DNA of 64,000 nucleotides from contig OX597818.1 in NCBI GenBank assembly GCA_951406725.2, positions 30,938,001 through 31,002,000 on the forward strand. The letters are read 5' to 3'. Made by a program: the position numbers and the translations under genes. Source of the DNA: Octopus vulgaris. Its lineage: Eukaryota. This document shows, in pieces, positions 43,131-57,511 of the stretch. Under the pieces are notes generated by a model that saw only the letters and a program-made list of their open reading frames with translations, made no database searches and had not been told where the DNA came from. Each line of letters opens with the position of its first letter. Positions within the stretch are counted from its first letter, which is position 1.

Positions 43131-43825
43131 TCAACCTCGCTCCACTCTCTCTCTTTCTCTGCCCATCTATTCCTTTTGTACTATTCTGTGGGCTTGTCTG
43201 TCTACCGCTCCCTCAATGTATATCTATGGACATGCGTGCGAGTATACGTCTTAATAAATTTTATATTTTAACTGTTGATTTTGCACATCCGGAATATATA
43301 CTCACAGAAAAACTGAAAATAGGAAACGAGAAACTCGGAGTTACGACTTGTTGAGACGACTGCTTCTCATACATATAATACAATGTATACAGAATCTTCT
43401 GTCTCTCCTTTTGTTTCTCTTGTCATAATCTTTTCTGTTTACACACACCAACATACACACACAAACACATACATAAACACACATATATGTATATTGCGTG
43501 TGTATGTGTTTATGCTTACGCTCTTGTCTATGCTATGTTCATTCATGAATCGTAACTTAGGAGTTTTATCAATTAAAAATCAATAACTATTGGATCAATA
43601 TGATCGCCTAAAACTTTGAGGGTCTTACTCCAACATGTGTGCTGTTCAATGAGTGAAATTAAGTAAAAGCTTGAATATAAATGCGTATGCCTGTATGTAT
43701 GCGCGTAGTGGCGTATGTACGTGTAAGCATGTATGCGGGTATGCGTGTATAAATTTGTGCATGTGTATGGAAATGCAAAACATCGTATGCAAGCAAGGCA
43801 ATTTTTCTAATCTAAGTTAGGCATA

Positions 43826-44241
43826 GGCGTAGGAGTGGCTGTGTGGTATGTAGCTTGCTTACGAACCGCATGGTTCCGGGTTGCGTTCAGTCCCACTGCG
43901 TGGCACCTTGGGCAAGTGTCTTCTACTATAGCCTCGGGCCAACCAACGCCTTGTGAGTGGATTTGGTAGACGGAAACTGAAAGAATCCCGTCGTATATAT
44001 GTATGTATGTATGTGTGTATGTGTATGTGTGTATGTGTTTGTGTGTATGTGTTTGTCCCCCAACATCGCTTGACAACCGATGCTGGTGTGTTTACGTCCC
44101 CCGTCACTTAGCGGTTCGGCAAAAGAGACCGATAGAATAAGTACTAGGCTTACAAAGAATAAGTCCTGGGGTCGATTTGCTCGACTAAAGGCAGTGCTCT
44201 AGCATGGCCTCAGTCAAATGACTGAAACAAATAAAAGAGTA
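43826..44241 (+). mobile_element. SINE family A
   Basis: Full-length match; a second 3' fragment lies at 44329-44480. Confidence 0.85.
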
Positions 44242-45236
44242 AGTTGTACATGAATAGTTTGACGAAAGTACTGCTTGGAACATTTCCGTCCATACTCTGT
44301 GTGTGTGCGTGTCTCTCTCTCTCTCTCTCGGTTCGGCAAAAGACACCGATAAAATAAAACTAGGCTTACGAAGAATAAATCCTAGGGTCGATTTCTTCTA
44401 CCAAAAAACAAAAAAAAAACCTTTAAGGCGGTGCTCCGCATGGCCGCAGTCAAATGACTGAAACAAGTAAACGAATAAAAGAATGTGCGCATGCGTGTGT
44501 GTGCATGTGTGTGTATATGTGTGCATGTGTGTGTGCATATGTGTGTGTGTATGAGTGTGTGTGTATATGTGTGTGTGTATATGTGTGTGTGTATATGTGT
44601 GTGTTTGTATATGTGTGTGTGTATATGTATGTGTATATGTGTGTGTGTATATGTGTGTGTGTATGTGTGTGTGTATATGTGTGTATGTAGCAGCAAAGTC
44701 AGTAGCCATGAATCTAAAACACCATTCATTAAAATTAATCAGTTCATCAGAAATGGACGTCATCAGCTTTTATATAAATACAAAGAAAAAAAAAATAATA
44801 ATAAAAAAAATAAAACATAAAAAATGAATTATATAAAAGGAAAAAATAAAAATCTCAAAAAGTTAAGGGATTATAAGGAAGGAAAAAAATATTCGTCACA
44901 ACGAAAGTTTGTCTGAAATATTCTGAAGCAACCTTCACGAATTTCTTCAATTAATCAACAATTTATGAGCAGCTGAAGAAGACACATTGGTTTCGAAAAT
45001 GAGTGACAATCATTCGTAAACGTCAGCATTAAACATAACATGAGTAGATTTATTATTGAAATTAGTTGCAATAAAAGTTAAAGGAAGACCGTATATATAT
45101 CTATACATACAGATAAACACACACTCACACACGCACATGTATATATATATAAACATACATGTATATATATATACATATATATGTAAGCATATGTATCAAT
45201 TTCTTGCTGTCCCTCTAAATATCTGTCTGCCTGTGG

Positions 45237-45297
<61 letters not shown>

Positions 45298-45298
45298 A

Positions 45299-45366
<68 letters not shown>

Positions 45367-46547
45367 GTCTGTCTGTCTGTCTGTCTATCTGTCTGTCTGT
45401 CTGTATGCATATATACTCATATTGCACGTATGTTTGCATATAAATATGTATGTATATATGTATGAATATATATTTTACTTGTGCGGCCATGCTGGGGTAC
45501 CACATTCAAGGATTTTAGTCAAACCGATCCTACTACTTGCGTTTTTTTAAAAGTCTTATACTTATTTTATCGGTCACTTTTGCCGAACCCCTACGTTATA
45601 GAAATGTAAACAAACCAACACGGGTTGTCGAGCGCTGGAGGACAAAGACAAATACAGGAACAAAGACATGAATGCGCGCACACATACGATGGGCTTCTGC
45701 ACAGTTTCCATCTTTCCGTCTGCCAAATTAAACTCACAAGGCATTGGTCAGCTTGGAGCTATAATTGAAGACACTTCTCCAAGATACCACGCAGTGGGGC
45801 TGAAACAAAACCGCGTAGTTGTAATGCGAGCTTCTTGACCATACATCCACGTCCCAATGTATTTATGAGCTTGACCTGCTTTACGGCAATGTGGTAAATG
45901 TCGAATGAATGATATATAACTAAATATATAAAAGATGGCTTGTTCTTTTTGCCATTTTTTTTACAGTCAATTCATTTCTTTAAATTTTTAAAAGATCGTT
46001 ATGATTTTAAAATTTTGCTGAAACGTCTGGAATATTTCCACTTCAGCCGATATTTTTCTTTGGTTTCAACCGCTCTGGTCGTTCTGCAAACTGCATGCCA
46101 AAATGTGAGCATGTCAAATAACACGTGTACATGATAGTTATCTCGCCATCTTTATCTTTGACTTTACTATATCGCAATCAGCACCGCGCATTCAATTGCT
46201 CCTCTTTGATTGGCCACTTAACTGGCAAACAAATTTACTATCTTTATATTTCTAAATATGGTGGTTATAAGCATCTGCAGAGTAGGAATTATAGAACTAG
46301 TTTCTTCCTCTGAGTATGCACGTTCAACGATATGTTGGAACATATCCGTTTGCTCATTTATAATGGATATAAAGGTCCTTCATTTTTTAAAGATAGTCGG
46401 GTATGACTTAAGGTATTTGGCCGCTATTTCTAGTAGGTCGAGCGACCATACAGAACTTGCGTGTTATAGGTGAGTCCACCCACATTTAACTATTTAGTAT
46501 TTTGGGGATCATTCTTTATTTTTTTATGTTCCTTTTATGACCTATAG

Positions 46548-46608
<61 letters not shown>

Positions 46609-46949
46609 AAGGTAAAAGAAATACAAGAGAAAGAAGATATCTTTAGATCACTGATAAAACTTTACAAACCATTACTGTGTATGCACGTATGTGTGTGTAT
46701 GCGCGCGTGTGCGCGTATGTATGTATATATACTTGTTCAAAGGCATATGAATAGTATCCAGGTGAATACATTTTTGAGCACTCTGTTGCAGCACAGCACT
46801 GGGTAATTAGATTGATGAGTGATAATCGTTGTGAACAAACGATTACAATTATACTCCTATTCAATTAGTAACTCTAAAGTACGCTTTTGAAAATTTCTGA
46901 GTATAGTATGAAGCACAAAGAATGGGGGAGTTATATATACTCTTTTTTC

Positions 46950-47367
46950 TCTTTTTCTCTTTACTCTTTTACTTGTTTCAGTCATTTGACTGCGGCCATG
47001 CTGGAGCACCGCCTTTAGTCGAGCAAATCGACCCCGGGACTTATTCTTTGTAAGCCCAGTACTTATTCTATCGGTCTCTTTTTGCCGAACCGCTAAGTTA
47101 CGGGGACGTAAACACACCAGCATCGGTTGTCAAGCAATGCTAAGGGAACAAACACAGACACACAAACACACTCATACATATATATATATATATACATATG
47201 TATACGACAGGCTTCTTTCAGTTTCCGTCTACCAAATCCACTCACAAGGCATTGGTCGGCCCGGGGCTATAGCAGAAGACATTTACCCAAGATGCCACGC
47301 AGTGGGATTGAACCCGGAACCATGTGGTTGGTTATCAAGCTACTTACCACACAGCCACTCCTGCGCC
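46950..47367 (-). mobile_element. SINE family A
   Basis: Full-length match. Confidence 0.85.
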
Positions 47368-48049
47368 TATATTTTTAATTCATTATTTATAATACATAAT
47401 TCACTTACGCATCATTGTATTACATAACACCGACTCATCTGAAACGTGCGTAAGCGGATTATGGATTATGAATTGAGAATTTAAAAATATATAATTCCCC
47501 ATTCTTCTTTGTGCTTATATACAAACAGCCCACATACACTGTAATGATTTGTAAAGTTTTCATCAGTGCTCTAAAGATGATATTTTTTCTCTAGTATTTC
47601 TTTTAACTTACTGACGTCAAGTAAACAGCTGACTTCAACAACAGAGCAGGATTTTGTTTTATACGCGGACGACAAATAAGAATATTCGCTCGTTTATGCA
47701 TTAATGTCTTGCGTGTTTTTATATTCAGTTTCCACCATTATTCTTTCTATCCGTCAGTCTCAATGCATTGGTCTGTATTGTTTGCTTTTACATTTTTATT
47801 CCAGACGAGGAAAACGTTCCCCGTCCAATGGACGGTGCTGTCAAACATTTAAATCAAATTTTCTCAAAACAACTTGTCCGACCGTCCCATAGGCCTCTCC
47901 GTTGAGAAACACTGATTTAACCGAAATTTGAGACACAAGCAAAAGAAGAAATAAAGATAGACTTTTTTTCTATTCCAAAGAAAAACGATTTTATTCACAC
48001 AAATATGCAACCGAAGAGTTTAAAGTAGCAGTAATGATAAGGCTGTTAA

Positions 48050-48570
48050 CTGGGAGAACACAAACATGGTTTAAACAGAAAGCTTGGCAGGAAAGAAACG
48101 TGCCTTTAAGCAGTACAAAAACAACAAAAAATGGAAGGTGCAGTTATGTACAGGTTGACGGAAGAAAAACAGCACAAAAACGATGCCTGCAAATGGATTA
48201 GCTGGAGGTAAATCTAGATGGAAAAGCATGAATTTATAAGAACGTACGTGGGACAATAATAAGTTTATCCGATAAAACATGTAGGAAATCAACTTGGGGG
48301 GCGATTCTTGATGAAAAGCAACAACCTAGGGAACTAAGTAACTAATTGTAAGCTAACTTACTTTACGGGGTGTTCAAAGGCATGGAAAAGCTAGTGGAGC
48401 GCAGCCTTGTAAACCACATTCCTGATGTACTTGCTCATTCAAAAGCACGTTCCCAAAGCTTTATCGATCGCATTCTCACCTGGAATCGATTTTTGTAATT
48501 TTTCAAGACGCCCTGATACCGTCGGTATCTACATATCAAATTTGAGTGTAATTGGATGGAGGATGCCCGA
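48050..48570 (+). pseudogene. Highly decayed LINE RT-proximal fragment
   Basis: KKRAFKQYK and GVFKGMEKLVERSLVNHI resemble the CR1-type SVxCKxMEKIV...NHL block. Multiple stops. Confidence 0.35.
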
Positions 48571-48580
48571 GATCCTAGAA

Positions 48581-48685
<105 letters not shown>

Positions 48686-49014
48686 CGGATTTTATATAAT
48701 AGATTTTTCAGGTTACTCTGTTAAGTCTTATGGGCAGGAAGTATCGGAAATCAGGCTGTTCATTAGGCAAGTGACTACACTCTTGGCTTTGAATCAACAA
48801 TGTTCTAGGGATTAGTAAATGTCTGAATGTAAGTTAATGAATGCATATAAGTAGGTTTGTGTAGATGAATGAAATAGCACTCTTATAACGGGACAATTCA
48901 CTTGTGATTGGTTACTTTTTATGTATGCATGTTTGTATGTTGACATGTATGTATGTATGTATGTATGTATGTTCGTAGGCATGCATGCATATATGTATGT
49001 ATGTATGTATTCTG

Positions 49015-49136
49015 TTATTCTTTTACTTGTTTCAGTCCTTTGACTGCGGCCATGCTGGAGCACCTCCTTCAAGGGTTTTAATCGAATAAATCAACCCCAG
49101 GACTTATATATATACACGATGGGTTTCTTTCGGTTT

Positions 49137-49198
<62 letters not shown>

Positions 49199-49360
49199 GA
49201 TAGGTTTCATTCGGTTTCCATCTACCAAAACCACTCATAAGGCTTTGGTAGGCATGAGGCTATAGTAGAAGACACTTGCCCAAGGTACCACGTAGTAGGA
49301 CTGGACCCGAAACCATGTGGTTGGGAAGCAAGCTTCTTACCACACTGCCACGCCTGCGCC
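49015..49360 (-). mobile_element. SINE family A (rearranged, with (TA)n)
   Basis: Match to the family A head and tail. Confidence 0.75.
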
Positions 49361-49587
49361 TATATATACATAGTATTAATAACAATAATCCTTGGATGGA
49401 ATTTATGTCGGTACAGCTTGGTGCAGCCTCTAAAAACTGGTTCACCAGTCAGTATCATTAGATCGTAGCCGGCAAAACGTTTCCCGTAAACAAATTTAAA
49501 AGGTATATTTTGAACTGGCCATGATGCATACGTGCATATATATGTAGGTATACGTTCGTATATGTAAGTATTCGTATGTTGTATATA

Positions 49588-50762
49588 TCTCTTATTATAA
49601 AAGGCAGATTTTATCTGCCTCCCTTTGTAAGTTATAGAAATCTACAATATAGGATTTCTTCAATTACAATTTACCTAGCATTTTTAAGAGTAGAATGCAT
49701 CGGGTCATGCCAGGTCCAGTTTTTAAAATTTAAACTTCAATTTAGCAAAATTTACAGAAAACTCACATTCTGGTGTGTATGTCAAATGCTTTTCTTAGTC
49801 TGGTTTACAGCACACGCAAACGCACACACACAATGTGCAACGAATAAAGTGAAACTAGATGTAATATTTGTTTCTGTCTATCACGCTGATAGATACATGA
49901 GTAAAATGTATGGAAAGCTAACAGATAAGAGTGAGTGAAAATGTTCTTGGAAGAGAGTAAATTAGCGACAGTGATTTGAGGAAGACTAAACTGAAAGTAT
50001 GAAACAGTGTTTATGTATAAACAGACGACACTTATATAAACCCTTTCGTTACCAAACCGCCTGAATTTACCTATTCATATTTAAATGAGAATATCAGAGT
50101 AAATCTCTTTAGTACATTCGTGAAAACACGTATTATACTTCGTAAACACTTCAAATACAGTTTTGTACAAAAATCGAAGTGTAATTTTAATTCCGTGAAT
50201 TATGGGAGATTTTTTTTCCGAAATTTGTTCCTATTGTGTTTTCAAAATTTGTAATTCTGACAAAAAAATGGATACGAATTTCATTATATCAAGAAGCGAG
50301 TCAGAATTCGAAGGATTTTCTACTGAAGACCTTCATAAATCGAACTCTATGACTGAAAAAAAAAGCATCTTTATATAAGAGTGAAGTTGTGTGTCTGTCC
50401 CCTTCGATTTAGATTCGTAACTACTCCCACATTTTGCGGTGCAGTTTAACCAAAAGCGGGTATCTTATAGTCGTGATTCATATCGAGCCCTTCTGGGTAT
50501 TAGCGCGCGTCTACGATGAGTCTACGATTTAAAAAAAATTTACCATCATATTTTTCCATTTTAATGCATTTTTTTCGCTTTTATATAAGGGAAGTAACTC
50601 TTTAAAAATATCTACGATGTGTCAACGATTTAAAAAAAAATTTACCTTAATTTTTTTTCCATTTTTAATGCATTTTTTTGCTATTTTTTGGCTATAACTC
50701 TCTAAAAATGCTTATATAGTTATTTCCCTTACAACCCGAGCAACGCCGGGCGATACTGCTAG
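49588..50762 (+). mobile_element. Composite Helitron: outer 5' end, piggyBac 5' fragment, complete short Helitron (50368-50762)
   Basis: A|TC at 49588. CCCTTTCGTTACC at 50041 with MDTNFIISRSESEFEGFSTEDL at ~50268. Inner A|TC at 50368; hairpin plus CTAG|T at 50762. Confidence 0.65.
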
Positions 50763-50997
50763 TATATATATATATGTATTTATGTTTTTTTCTGTGTGTA
50801 TTCTACTGACTAGGCAAAGCATTCCTAAATGCAAAGTCAGAAATCCGGGATCTAGAATTATCCAGTAATTTATTACTAGTTTCATCTTGTCTCTTTGTTT
50901 TCTCTCCGAGTTGATATATGGACAATTATGGTAGTTTTAGAGTCAGAACATGGCTGCTATTTTCAGCATGGTGGTATCTCGTAGATACCCTACTTTA

Positions 50998-51049
<52 letters not shown>

Positions 51050-51123
51050 TCATAAACACACACATGCACACACACATACAGACACATTCACATATATTAA
51101 AAAAATAGAAATAGGGTTTAAAA

Positions 51124-51210
51124 TTTACTACTACTGTTTCGGTAGAACTTTATTGACGTATTCATAGCGTAAATGCACATCATAGCATAGATCCACCAAC
51201 TTCAGGTAAA
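51124..51210 (-). ncRNA. Degenerate type I hammerhead
   Basis: Minus strand: tttac-CTGAAGT-t ggtgga...tctacc-GAAA-cagtag-TA-gtaaa. A9 and stem III are mutated. Confidence 0.45.
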
Positions 51211-51547
51211 GTTTTAAACAGGTATAAACAGGTGAGGTAAAACCTTGATGCTGACATATCCGACAACAAAATGCATAAGAGATATTTTAAAAACTAACGA
51301 TCAAACTTATAGAAAAATTAGAAGTATAAACGGTCTTGGGGGGAGATCAGACGATATCAAACGACCCTATTATTTCAAATAGTTATCTTAATTAGTTTAT
51401 AACTGTACCTTGCTATGAAGAAGTGCAAGAAACGAAGACAAGCTGTAGCCAAGATATGTCTTTAGGGTTATTAAAACCAAGAAGATATCTTGCTGGTTAA
51501 GTGAGATAAACGAAAACAAACCTTAGAGCATCACCTTTCTACGCACC

Positions 51548-51595
<48 letters not shown>

Positions 51596-51670
51596 GACAC
51601 ATACTCACGGACACGCACATAAAACATTCACGCCCACACACTCACATTTACAGACACACGCATTCACTCA

Positions 51671-51701
<31 letters not shown>

Positions 51702-51790
51702 CCTTCTTCCCTTCTTTCCTGAGCGTCCAATAATACTTTATTTGTTCCACATCCTCGCGTTGTTGTCTTTTTGTTTTCTTGTTTGGATTA

Positions 51791-51842
<52 letters not shown>

Positions 51843-52938
51843 TATATATATATACACGTCAGCACACGCATATATACATACGTATGCAGGGGTGTTTTTC
51901 TCTTTTCCATGTTATTTCGCATGCTTTCAACGAATGTGACATCGAAATCACGCGTAAACGTTCCTTTCCTTAGAAAAGAAAAGATTCGGCTGCTATTTCT
52001 TGCACGCCCTGCAACTACGTAACAGGTATTTCGTGTCCTTTATCGCAAATAGCTGTTACATGGTGGCAGGATGTGCTAGAAATAACAGCCACATATTTGG
52101 AGGTGAGATACGTTGGATGCACTTGAAAGAAACCTATGGAAAAAACTATTTAAAGTTATTTTCAGAGTATTTTCCCATTATGCACCGTTTGGTAATTTAT
52201 ATCCCCAAACCTTGTTTTATTCTGTTCGTATTCACATTTCAGGGGAACGTTACTTCAAAGTATCTTCCCATTACGCTCCAGTTTGGCTGTGTAACATTGC
52301 AAGCAAGCAAGCAAGATTGAACTTCACTTTTAATAGTATATAGATAATAATATATTATAAATATTAGAAATAAATATTAGAAGCATATATGAGAAAATGT
52401 AGACAAATAACATATAGCTTAGAGGTCATAGACCAGATTATCAAACATTTCACTATTTATAGAATGTAGAGGTTGCAAGCAAATGTAATGAGAATGCGTA
52501 AGCAGGTGGTCGATGACATAATATAACACATGATTCAAAAAATGCTTAAAGATTTAAACAATATACTTAATTAGCTTAGAGAGTATGGATAAATAGAAGC
52601 TAAGAATAATTATTCGAAATCCACTAGGTAACTAACTGGTTTACAATAAGAAAATGTGTTTCTAATATAAAGTAAGCATTACGCCATAAGTTCAATAGTC
52701 TTATTAAAGACATACCTGGAGATTTAAGTATTTCCCATAATTTAGCGCAACAAAGGGTTCCCCCACATATGTATAAGATAATGCATGTTTTATTTACACT
52801 CCAGCTAATTTGGAATTCATTTTTTTCTCTTTCAATTCCCAAATTTGTATTCGCGAGTGATTAATTATAGCCATATTACGATTATTGAAATAATAAGAAT
52901 AATGACCTAATTTCTGCTTAAATTTGAAAGAAGTGGAA

Positions 52939-53019
52939 ACGGGTATATAGCGTAATGGTTAAGAGCGCGGGCTACTAACCCCAAGATTGCGAGTTCAATT
53001 CCAGGCAGTGCCTTGAATA

Positions 53020-53077
<58 letters not shown>

Positions 53078-53277
53078 TAACACCAGTAAAAATACCTTAG
53101 GAATGAAAAGCCAGGGTTGGGTTCAAAATTCTACCAGGACACCTGATGAAGGCCGGAAAGTAAATCAGCCGAAACGTTGTGGTAACAACAAACAAGATGC
53201 GGACACATATCCGTCCAATGTAAATAATGTAAATAATGTAAATATTGTACAGAATTCCTCATCTTAAAAATATAGAA
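52939..53277 (+). mobile_element. tRNA-headed SINE with internal (TAA)n and a minimal hammerhead
   Basis: A box TAGCGTAATGGTT, anticodon-like loop CTACTAA, B box GAGTTCAATTCC. Candidate TSD AAGTGGAA at 52931-52938 and 53278-53285. Confidence 0.7.
53140..53181 (+). ncRNA. Minimal type I hammerhead motif
   Basis: cac-CTGATGA-a ggc cggaaagtaaatca gcc-GAAA-cg-TT-gtg. Confidence 0.65.
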
Positions 53278-53684
53278 AAGTGGAATCCATGTTGCTAAAA
53301 GTGTTCAGGTAAGTTATTACGTCACGTCTATGGACAATGTTTTTAGCAAAGTAAATTATTTAGAGGACATAGAAACTTGTTTTTACAGTTACATAATTTA
53401 AGAGATTTATGGCCAATAGTGCTTCTAGTTTTATTCAAGTTACATAAGAGACGGTGTGTTTATCATTAACAGCAATAGCATTACCGTTATAGCTGTGAAA
53501 GTTAGTCAAGTCACTATTAATAGCTACATAATCTTCATTTAAACTAGAATCGATGCGGATGTTATTCAGGTTGGTTGCATCTTTATCAGTGTTAAGCTTA
53601 ATTCCAACCCCGCTACTTCTGACACTACTGCTAGCATTAATACTGACAATTATAGTTCTGTCACTGATATTCGTAATAATTATT

Positions 53685-53903
53685 CTTTTACTTTTTTACT
53701 TGTTTCAGTCAGTTTACTGTGGCCATGCTGGAGCACCGCCATGCTGGAGCAAATCGATCCCAGGACTTATTCTTTGTAAGCCTAGTACTTATTCTCTCGG
53801 TCTCTTTTGCCGAACCGCTTAGTTACAGGGATGTAAACACACCAGTATCGGTTGTCAAGCGATGTTGGGAGGAACAAACACAGACACACAAACATATGAA
53901 CAC

Positions 53904-53946
<43 letters not shown>

Positions 53947-54327
53947 CATATATACAACGGGCTTTCGGTTTCCGTCTACCAAATCCACTCACAAGGCTTT
54001 GGTCGGCCTGAGGCTATAGTAGAAGACGCTTGCTCAAGGTGCCACGCAGTGGGACTGAACCCGGAACCATGTGGCTGATAAGCAACTTACTTACCACACA
54101 GTCACTCCTACGCCTATATGATAGGCTTGTACTCATATATAGGTCTATATATCATATATAAATATCTGCACGACGAGCTTCTTTCAGTTTCCGTCTACCA
54201 AATCCACCCACAAGGCTTTGGTCGGCTCGTGGTTATAGTAGAAGACACTTGTTCAAGGTGCCAAACAGTGGGACTGAACCTGGAACCATGAGATTGGAAA
54301 GCAAATTTTTTACCACGCAGCCACGCC
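53685..54327 (-). mobile_element. SINE family A plus an adjacent 5' half copy
   Basis: 53685-54114 is full length; 54170-54327 is a 5' half. Confidence 0.8.
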
Positions 54328-54696
54328 CACTCGATAATTCTGTTAGTACTCATTAAAGGTTTTTAGAGAATTAAAGGCTATTAAGAATAAAAGATTAAGT
54401 AAATATCTTCACATTTACTTAATTCTGTATTATTACTCAATTTGTATGTATAAGCTATATGTTACATACGCAATTAAATTATGAAGGCGATTACTTAAGT
54501 GTAGCTCAGACGCCCACTCGATAATTCTGTTAGTACTCATTAAAGGTTTTTAGAGAATTAAAGGCTATTAAGAATAAAAGATTAAGTAAATATCTTCACA
54601 TTTACTTAATTCTGTATTATTACTCAATTTGCATGTATAAGCTATATGTTACATACGCAATTAAATTATGAAGGCGATTACTTAAGTGTAGCTCAG
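54323..54696. repeat. 187-bp tandem duplication
   Basis: 54323-54509 matches 54510-54696, with one T/C difference seen. Confidence 0.9.
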
Positions 54697-55105
54697 AGCA
54701 TTAGACACCAGTTTGTTACAAACGTATAGGATATCAATGTCAGTTCTTATATAAAAGATAATTTTTACAAGAGATATCTAATAGTGTTATATTAGCCGAA
54801 TATGCCTTCATTAGAAACAATTTATAGCAGCTTGTTTGTGAGCTAGTCATGTGTTCTGCTAGTACACATTGGCAAACACAAACACAAATTATTTACACAT
54901 TACGTTATATAGGTACAGTATTGCCTGTGTCACAGAATTCACAGCTACCCCTGGTTCACCATTATTTTCATATATACACATATATACAGAGCTAGATCAA
55001 TTGCTCAGCAATCGATTACAGAACATGTTAAATTTATACATGGGCTTATATGTACATATACATATACATACATACACCCCCCCACACACATATATATTTA
55101 TATAT

Positions 55106-55145
<40 letters not shown>

Positions 55146-55442
55146 GCATATATATATAATATATGTGTATATATATATACATATATATTATGAGTGAGTG
55201 TATACACATACATACACATTTTCATATACATATACATACATACATACATACATATACATACATACATACATACATATACATATATATACATACATATATA
55301 TAATATATATGTGTATATATAAATACACATCTATTATGTGTGAGTGTATACACATACACACACATTTACATATACATATACATACATAGATACATATATA
55401 AATATACACATATATATATATGCATACATATATATAATATAT

Positions 55443-55481
<39 letters not shown>

Positions 55482-56151
55482 GTGTCAATGTATATATACA
55501 CACACATACACGCATATATATATATACATACGCAGACGCACACACACACACACGCACACGCATGCGCACTCACACAAACTCTTTACGCATCATATCTAAT
55601 GAAGCTTAAAAAACATTAGGTTCGCTGAGACAAACGAACCTAAGTATGTTGTAAGAACGTATAGAAATTTATGTTTATGTTTATATCTACACACACACAC
55701 ATACGCACACACACATACACACGCACACACACATACACACGCACTTGCATGCACGCACACCGCACATACACACGCAAACGCACTCGCGCCTCTCCACTAA
55801 ATTTTCTTTTTTACTAGTACAGCGATGAAACATTTTACAAATACCCTCAGAAAAACTGTTTTTATTGCAGTATCGGTTACACAGTAGATGTCTAATCAAG
55901 CTATCAATGCAATAAATTAGGAGATAAGTGACAAAAAAAAAAGAGTTGAGATAAGTAATAAACAACGTAATCAGGTGAAAATATAAATAAGAATTCTAGG
56001 CAGTAAAACAGAGAAGAAACATTAAAAGTACTATAAATATATTATAGTTGTGTAGAATAAGACAAGTTCAAGTGTTAAGTAGTTAACAGTGTTTTTGCAC
56101 ACGCGTTCACGCACGCACGCACGCACGCACACACGTATATAAGTATACATG

Positions 56152-56220
<69 letters not shown>

Positions 56221-56229
56221 ATATATATG

Positions 56230-56273
<44 letters not shown>

Positions 56274-56491
56274 GCATACATGTGCGCATGCATACATACA
56301 CAAACAGACACATACACATACACAAACGTTCACGCGCACACATATATATATATACATACACGCACATCTCTTTTTGCTGAAGAGCAGAGTTAGTTTCTGG
56401 TTTTAATACATATACACACATGCATGCATACACACACAAATACATACATACATTCATATATACATGCATATATACATACATACATACATAC

Positions 56492-56542
<51 letters not shown>

Positions 56543-56545
56543 TAT

Positions 56546-56786
56546 TCTTTTACTCTTTTACTTCTTACAGTCATTTGACTGTGGCCATGCTGGACACCGC
56601 CTTTAGTCGAGCAAATCGACCCCAAGACTCATTCTTTGTAAGCCTAATACTTATTCTATCGGTCTGTTTTGCCGAACCGCATAGTTACGGGGATATAAAC
56701 ACACCAGCATCGGTTGCCAAGCGATGTTGGGGGTGGGGGCAAACACAAACACAGACACACAAACACACACACAGACACAGACACAG

Positions 56787-56832
<46 letters not shown>

Positions 56833-57027
56833 TTTATATATTCGCCATGATAGATCGCTAGCCACTAAACCTTCTTCTATTTTCTCTCCCTGTTTATTTT
56901 TGTGTCCTTTTCTGTCGAAGAGCGGAGGCTCGAAACGTAAAAGACTTTCTCACTATGTTAAACTAATACATCTGTTTGTTGTTTACACACCCGTCTTCGT
57001 CTTCCGTTTTTTTTTTGTAAATTCTCA

Positions 57028-57120
<93 letters not shown>

Positions 57121-57422
57121 CACACACATATATATATTGAGAATTCCGTCATTACCTATTGGTCCTAATTTCAGAGATAATTTATAAGAATTTTCCCCTC
57201 CTTATTTTATAAGTTATTTATAAATTTAACCTTTAAAGGTATTTTTTAATATGCTGGCCATTGATAACATTTTTTTTCGAAAACATTTATCCTACATATA
57301 TATAAGACGGGCTTCTTTCAGTTTCTGTCTACCAAATCCACTCATAGGGCTTTGGTGAGCCCGAGGCTATAGTAGAAGACACTTGCCCAAGGTTCCACGC
57401 AGTGGGACTAAACCCGGAACCA
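56546..57422 (-). mobile_element. SINE family A split by insertions in its internal (TA)n
   Basis: 3' half at 56546-56830 and 5' half at 57300-57422, with hammerhead-element fragments between them. Confidence 0.75.
56908..56943 (+). ncRNA. Minimal hammerhead-like motif (A6U variant); inverted copy at 58085-58120
   Basis: tttt-CTGTCGA-a gagc ggag gctc-GAAA-cg-TA-aaag. Confidence 0.5.
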
Positions 57423-57445
57423 TATACATATCCATCCATCCATCC

Positions 57446-57511
<66 letters not shown>

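Noticed and set aside
44965-45020. CTGAAGA...GAAA atga..tcat TC hammerhead-like string
   Set aside because: No pairing stem I next to the core.
52941-53012. Functional tRNA gene
   Set aside because: The acceptor stem pairs poorly and the sequence runs into a SINE body with a candidate TSD. The heads at 8606 and 26796 are likewise SINE-derived.
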